Below, one piece after another: positions 60,612-64,000 of a stretch of 64,000 bases of DNA. Each line of letters begins with the position of its first letter. The stretch's first letter is position 1. Under the pieces are notes generated by a model. The model had not been told where the DNA came from, ran no database searches, and worked only from the letters and a program-made list of their open reading frames with translations. A program made the translations under genes and the position numbers. Source of the DNA: an uncultured Planctomycetia bacterium (lineage in GTDB: Bacteria; Omnitrophota; Gorgyraeia; Duberdicusellales; 4484-171); contig CAZAYU010000005.1 of assembly GCA_964489445.1 (NCBI GenBank), forward strand, positions 4,799 through 68,798. The letters are read 5' to 3'.

Positions 60612-60742
60612 GATTTCTTTTCTTGTTTATGTTGGCCGCTGCAACACGATTTATTATTAGCACATTCTTTCATTTTCTTATCCATTTTTTCCAAAAATCT
60701 AGCCCAAAACCCTTTCTTTGTCTCTCTCTTTTTCTCCTCCAT
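60596..60742 (-). CDS. Unannotated 48-aa basic peptide with two SCC motifs
   Basis: MEEKKRETKKGFWARFLEKMDKKMKECANNKSCCSGQHKQEKKSCCSK. AAGGAG RBS 6 nt upstream; overlaps the permease start by 16 nt. Confidence 0.8.
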   Translation of the reverse strand: MEEKKRETKKGFWARFLEKMDKKMKECANNKSCCSGQHKQEKKSCCSK

Positions 60743-60769
60743 ATTCATCTCCTTTTAGTTTTTCAGTAG

Positions 60770-60952
60770 CTATTTGCTACCACAGCTTCTAGAAGCTTTT
60801 CTAACTATACCCAGTGCAATAAAGCAAGCAATACCTAGGAACACAAGCAGATTATCCAATTTAGGTATTAAATCAAACGCGGAAGCAAGCAATAACAATA
60901 TGCCAGCGCCGTTTAGGATCAACAGAAGAAGATTTGTATATTTATTGTTCAT
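60770..60952 (-). CDS. Small two-TM membrane protein
   Basis: MNNKYTNLLLL...RKASRSCGSK; GGAGG RBS before ATG 60952. Confidence 0.7.
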   Translation of the reverse strand: MNNKYTNLLLLILNGAGILLLLASAFDLIPKLDNLLVFLGIACFIALGIVRKASRSCGSK

Positions 60953-61100
60953 AATGCCTCCCTTTTGGTGCAATTATACCTTTAAGGCAAAATTATCACA
61001 AGACTTATCTAGATAAGATCATTCCGATAAGAATATCACTAATTGCCCTAATCCAGAAATAAATCTTGAGACAAATTATTCTTAGCGTTAATATATAGGT

Positions 61101-61907
61101 ATGAAAAAAATCACCACTTATCTGTTCCTAACGCTACTCTTTAGCTCTGGAGGGTACTACATATTAATCCATCACAATAATTTAAATATAAATCCGTTTC
61201 TGGCCATGTTTTACTTGATGTGGTGCCCCGGGCTTTCCGGCATAATCACTTCTCTCATTTACGAGAAAAATCTTACTAGTCTAGGCCTCAAGCTGAATAA
61301 ACTAAGATGGCTGGGGATAGGATATTCTTTACCAATTTTCTACGCAAGTTTTGCCTACGCAATTATCTGGCTACTAGGCTTTGGCCGAATAAATCCTGGC
61401 TATCAATTCAATACTGTTCGCCTGATAGGATTAGGTACTTTATTTAATATAGCTTTTGCCAGCGGAGAAGAAATTGGCTGGCGTGGTTTTTTAGTGCCCC
61501 AATTATACAAGCTAACCAGTTTTACTAAAACTTGTCTAATCACCGGCTTAATTTGGTCAGCCTGGCACTTCCCGCTGATTATTTCCGGAATATACCTGGC
61601 CAGTATGCCAACAGCGCCTCAACTTCTTCTTTTGGTAATCACCGTAACGGCAATGACTTTTCCAATTAGCTGGTTGAGATTAAAATCTAAGAGTGTCTGG
61701 CCGGCAATTTTACTACATGCCAGTCATAATCTTTACATCCAAAGACTTTTTGATCCGTTAACTGCCAAAACCGGACCACTTTCCAAATACATGATTGGTG
61801 AATCAGGAATCATAATGGCTGTTGTCCTTATCAGCTTAGCAATCATTTCCTGGAGCTTAAGAAAAAGTCTCCCGAACTACACCCAAGAAAAGCTTTTGCT
61901 TTGTTAA
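61101..61907 (+). CDS. CPBP/CAAX (Abi) intramembrane protease
   Basis: GEEIGWRG, WSAWH.P, S.WPA..LHASHN. Confidence 0.92.
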   Translation: MKKITTYLFLTLLFSSGGYYILIHHNNLNINPFLAMFYLMWCPGLSGIITSLIYEKNLTSLGLKLNKLRWLGIGYSLPIFYASFAYAIIWLLGFGRINPGYQFNTVRLIGLGTLFNIAFASGEEIGWRGFLVPQLYKLTSFTKTCLITGLIWSAWHFPLIISGIYLASMPTAPQLLLLVITVTAMTFPISWLRLKSKSVWPAILLHASHNLYIQRLFDPLTAKTGPLSKYMIGESGIIMAVVLISLAIISWSLRKSLPNYTQEKLLLC

Positions 61908-61938
61908 TTACTCTTTTTAAAAAAATAATTAAATAATA

Positions 61939-63792
61939 TTATTTTTTTCTTTTTCGCATGTAACTGTCTCTTTCTTTTAAATCTTTATGCTGCAAGCTGG
62001 ATACAGGAAATTTTTTTAAAAGATGCAGCGCACTGAGTTTTTTTAGTGCTTCTATAATTAATTTTCTGTTGCCGGGATTACTATACTGAATAAGTGCTCT
62101 CTGCATTTTCCGCTCCCGAAAAGTTTGAGGGACATATATTTTTTCCCCGGTAAAAGGATTTGTTTGTGTCCAGTACATACACGTCGCCAGAGTTATCGGA
62201 GAAGGAATAAAATCCTGTATTTGCTGAGGTTTTATTCTTCTTTTTGCAAGATATAGCGCAAGCTTTAACGCTTCAGATAAAGATGATCCCGGATGAGATG
62301 AAATAAAGTAGTTCACAATAAAAATATTTTTCTTCAAGTTGGATACTGTTTTCTTGAAAAGCTCAACAAACTTTTCGTATACATAAAAATCAGGTTTATT
62401 CATTAGTTGCAAAATATTATCCGAATTGTGTTCCGGTGCAACTTTAATCAACCCACTTATGTTATTTAAGCATATTTCCTTTAAATACTTGCGGGCATAA
62501 TTATCAATAAGCAAGTCATAGCGAAGTCCACTTGCGATAAATACATGCTTTACATTGGGTATTTCTTTAATTTTTCTATATACACGAAGACACTCATCAT
62601 ATCCTAGGTTAAGATTTTTACATTTAGCCGGCAAAAGGCACTTACGTTCTACACAAGAACCTTTCTCTTTCCATCTCTTGCAATAAGCAGCATATAAATT
62701 TGCGGTTGGTCCCCCTACATCGGTGATTGTTCCCCGAAAATCTTTTTGCCCGGCAATTATCTTAGCCTCCCGAATAATCGACCGGTTACTTCTACTCTGT
62801 ATTATTCTTCCCTGATGAAAGTATAGTGAACAAAAAGAACACTCACCGCAACATCCCCGATGGGAAGTAAGAGAAAATTTAACTGTCTCAAACCCGTTTA
62901 CTCTGTCTTGACTATTGTAGCCCGGATGACAATTGCGCGCATACGGCAGTTCATATATCGCATCAAGATCGCTGGCAGAAAGTGGCATTGCCGGAGGAAA
63001 CTGAATAAGATAACGGCTACTATACCGTTGGACAATTGCCTTTGCCGAGTAAGGATTCATCTGCTCATACATCATTGTGAATGCTAAGCTAAACTTTTGC
63101 TTATCGCTTGCTGTTTCCTCAAAACAAGGAATCTCAATGTAATCCTTCTCCGCAGAGTTGACTTCTTTATTTATTATAACTGTCCCTCGAATACCATATA
63201 ATGATTGCACGCCTTTTCCTTTATCTAAGATATTCGCAATCTTCACTATTTGCTGTTCCCCCATGCCATACACAATAATATCCGCCCTGCTGTCAAAAAG
63301 AATGGATCTTCGTACGCAATTATCCCAATAGTCATAGTGGCTTAAACGTCGAAGGCTAGCTTCAATTCCTCCCAATACAATAGGAACACCGCTAAAAGCT
63401 TCTCTTATTCTATTAGCGTAAACAATAGTTGCTCTATCCGGGCGTAATCCTGTTTTTCCGGCAGGTGAATAATCGTCAGTAGTGCGTGGCTTTTTATTTG
63501 CAGTATAATTTGCAATCATTGAATCGGTGTTTCCCGCAGTTATTCCGAAAAACAATCTTGGCTTGCCTAAGCACGTAAAATCGTACGTATTTCGCCAGTC
63601 AGGCTGGGCAATAATCCCCACCTTAAATCCATTGCTTTCAAGAACTCGTCCAATTACAGCAACACCGTAAGAAGGGTGATCAATATAAGCATCGCCGCTA
63701 ATTAAAATGATATCTAACTCATTCCAAGCGCGGCTTTCCATATCCTTCCGTGAAACAGGAAGAAAATTTCTTCTTTCGGCCTCTCTACTCAT
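61939..63792 (-). CDS. YgiQ family radical SAM protein (UPF0313)
   Basis: GDAYIDHPSYG, AQPDW, GGIEASLRR..HYDYW, HRGCCGECSFC, DVGGPTAN, KVAPEH. Start moved to ATG 63792. Confidence 0.95.
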   Translation of the reverse strand: MSREAERRNFLPVSRKDMESRAWNELDIILISGDAYIDHPSYGVAVIGRVLESNGFKVGIIAQPDWRNTYDFTCLGKPRLFFGITAGNTDSMIANYTANKKPRTTDDYSPAGKTGLRPDRATIVYANRIREAFSGVPIVLGGIEASLRRLSHYDYWDNCVRRSILFDSRADIIVYGMGEQQIVKIANILDKGKGVQSLYGIRGTVIINKEVNSAEKDYIEIPCFEETASDKQKFSLAFTMMYEQMNPYSAKAIVQRYSSRYLIQFPPAMPLSASDLDAIYELPYARNCHPGYNSQDRVNGFETVKFSLTSHRGCCGECSFCSLYFHQGRIIQSRSNRSIIREAKIIAGQKDFRGTITDVGGPTANLYAAYCKRWKEKGSCVERKCLLPAKCKNLNLGYDECLRVYRKIKEIPNVKHVFIASGLRYDLLIDNYARKYLKEICLNNISGLIKVAPEHNSDNILQLMNKPDFYVYEKFVELFKKTVSNLKKNIFIVNYFISSHPGSSLSEALKLALYLAKRRIKPQQIQDFIPSPITLATCMYWTQTNPFTGEKIYVPQTFRERKMQRALIQYSNPGNRKLIIEALKKLSALHLLKKFPVSSLQHKDLKERDSYMRKRKK

Positions 63793-63933
63793 ACAATAAA
63801 TTATACAGCAAAAGAACAAATAATATAACGAATTTTAAAAAAAGCGAAAGATATACGCTTAATTAAAAACCTTGATTTCCGTTCCCTTAAATTAAATATT
63901 TTTGCAGAAAAGATTGCAGTTTACCGGTGGGAC

Positions 63934-63970
63934 GAAATTGAGGTTATTAGATAAACCTCAATTTCATTTT
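63934..63970. terminator. Hairpin, probable intrinsic terminator
   Basis: GAAATTGAGGTT / AACCTCAATTTC followed by ATTTT. Confidence 0.55.
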
Positions 63971-64000
63971 ATAACTAAAAGATATATTACATTTAATCTC

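Overview
Low-GC bacterial chromosomal segment, almost all coded on the minus strand. The gene style is consistent with an anaerobe of the PVC group such as Ca. Omnitrophota; this is inference only. No rRNA, tRNA, CRISPR array or intact mobile element was recognised. Content: cyclophilin, a decayed NRAMP-like transporter pseudogene, MetF, HD protein, a MarR-TolC-RND operon, an AmmeMemoRadiSam locus whose enzymes carry N-terminal export-like signals, an ATP-grasp/zinc-peptidase pair, mnmA-nadA-U32-greA, a nitrogen/glutamate cluster (glnA + GAF-ANTAR, gdhA, nfnAB/gltD-like, glmS, citrate synthase), a FIST-PAS-kinase signalling cluster, ExbBD-TPR-vWA, a degenerate GGDEF protein, transporters and YgiQ. 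The strongest non-coding signals are two. (i) Tandem c-di-GMP-I riboswitches lie upstream of a transglutaminase-like gene, and the first has its 3' strand/terminator module triplicated at an exact 47-nt period. (ii) ANTAR-type hairpin/terminator attenuators precede glmS and the nfnA-nfnB-gdhA operon, close to a GAF-ANTAR gene directly downstream of glnA. Several short unannotated ORFs were also found.
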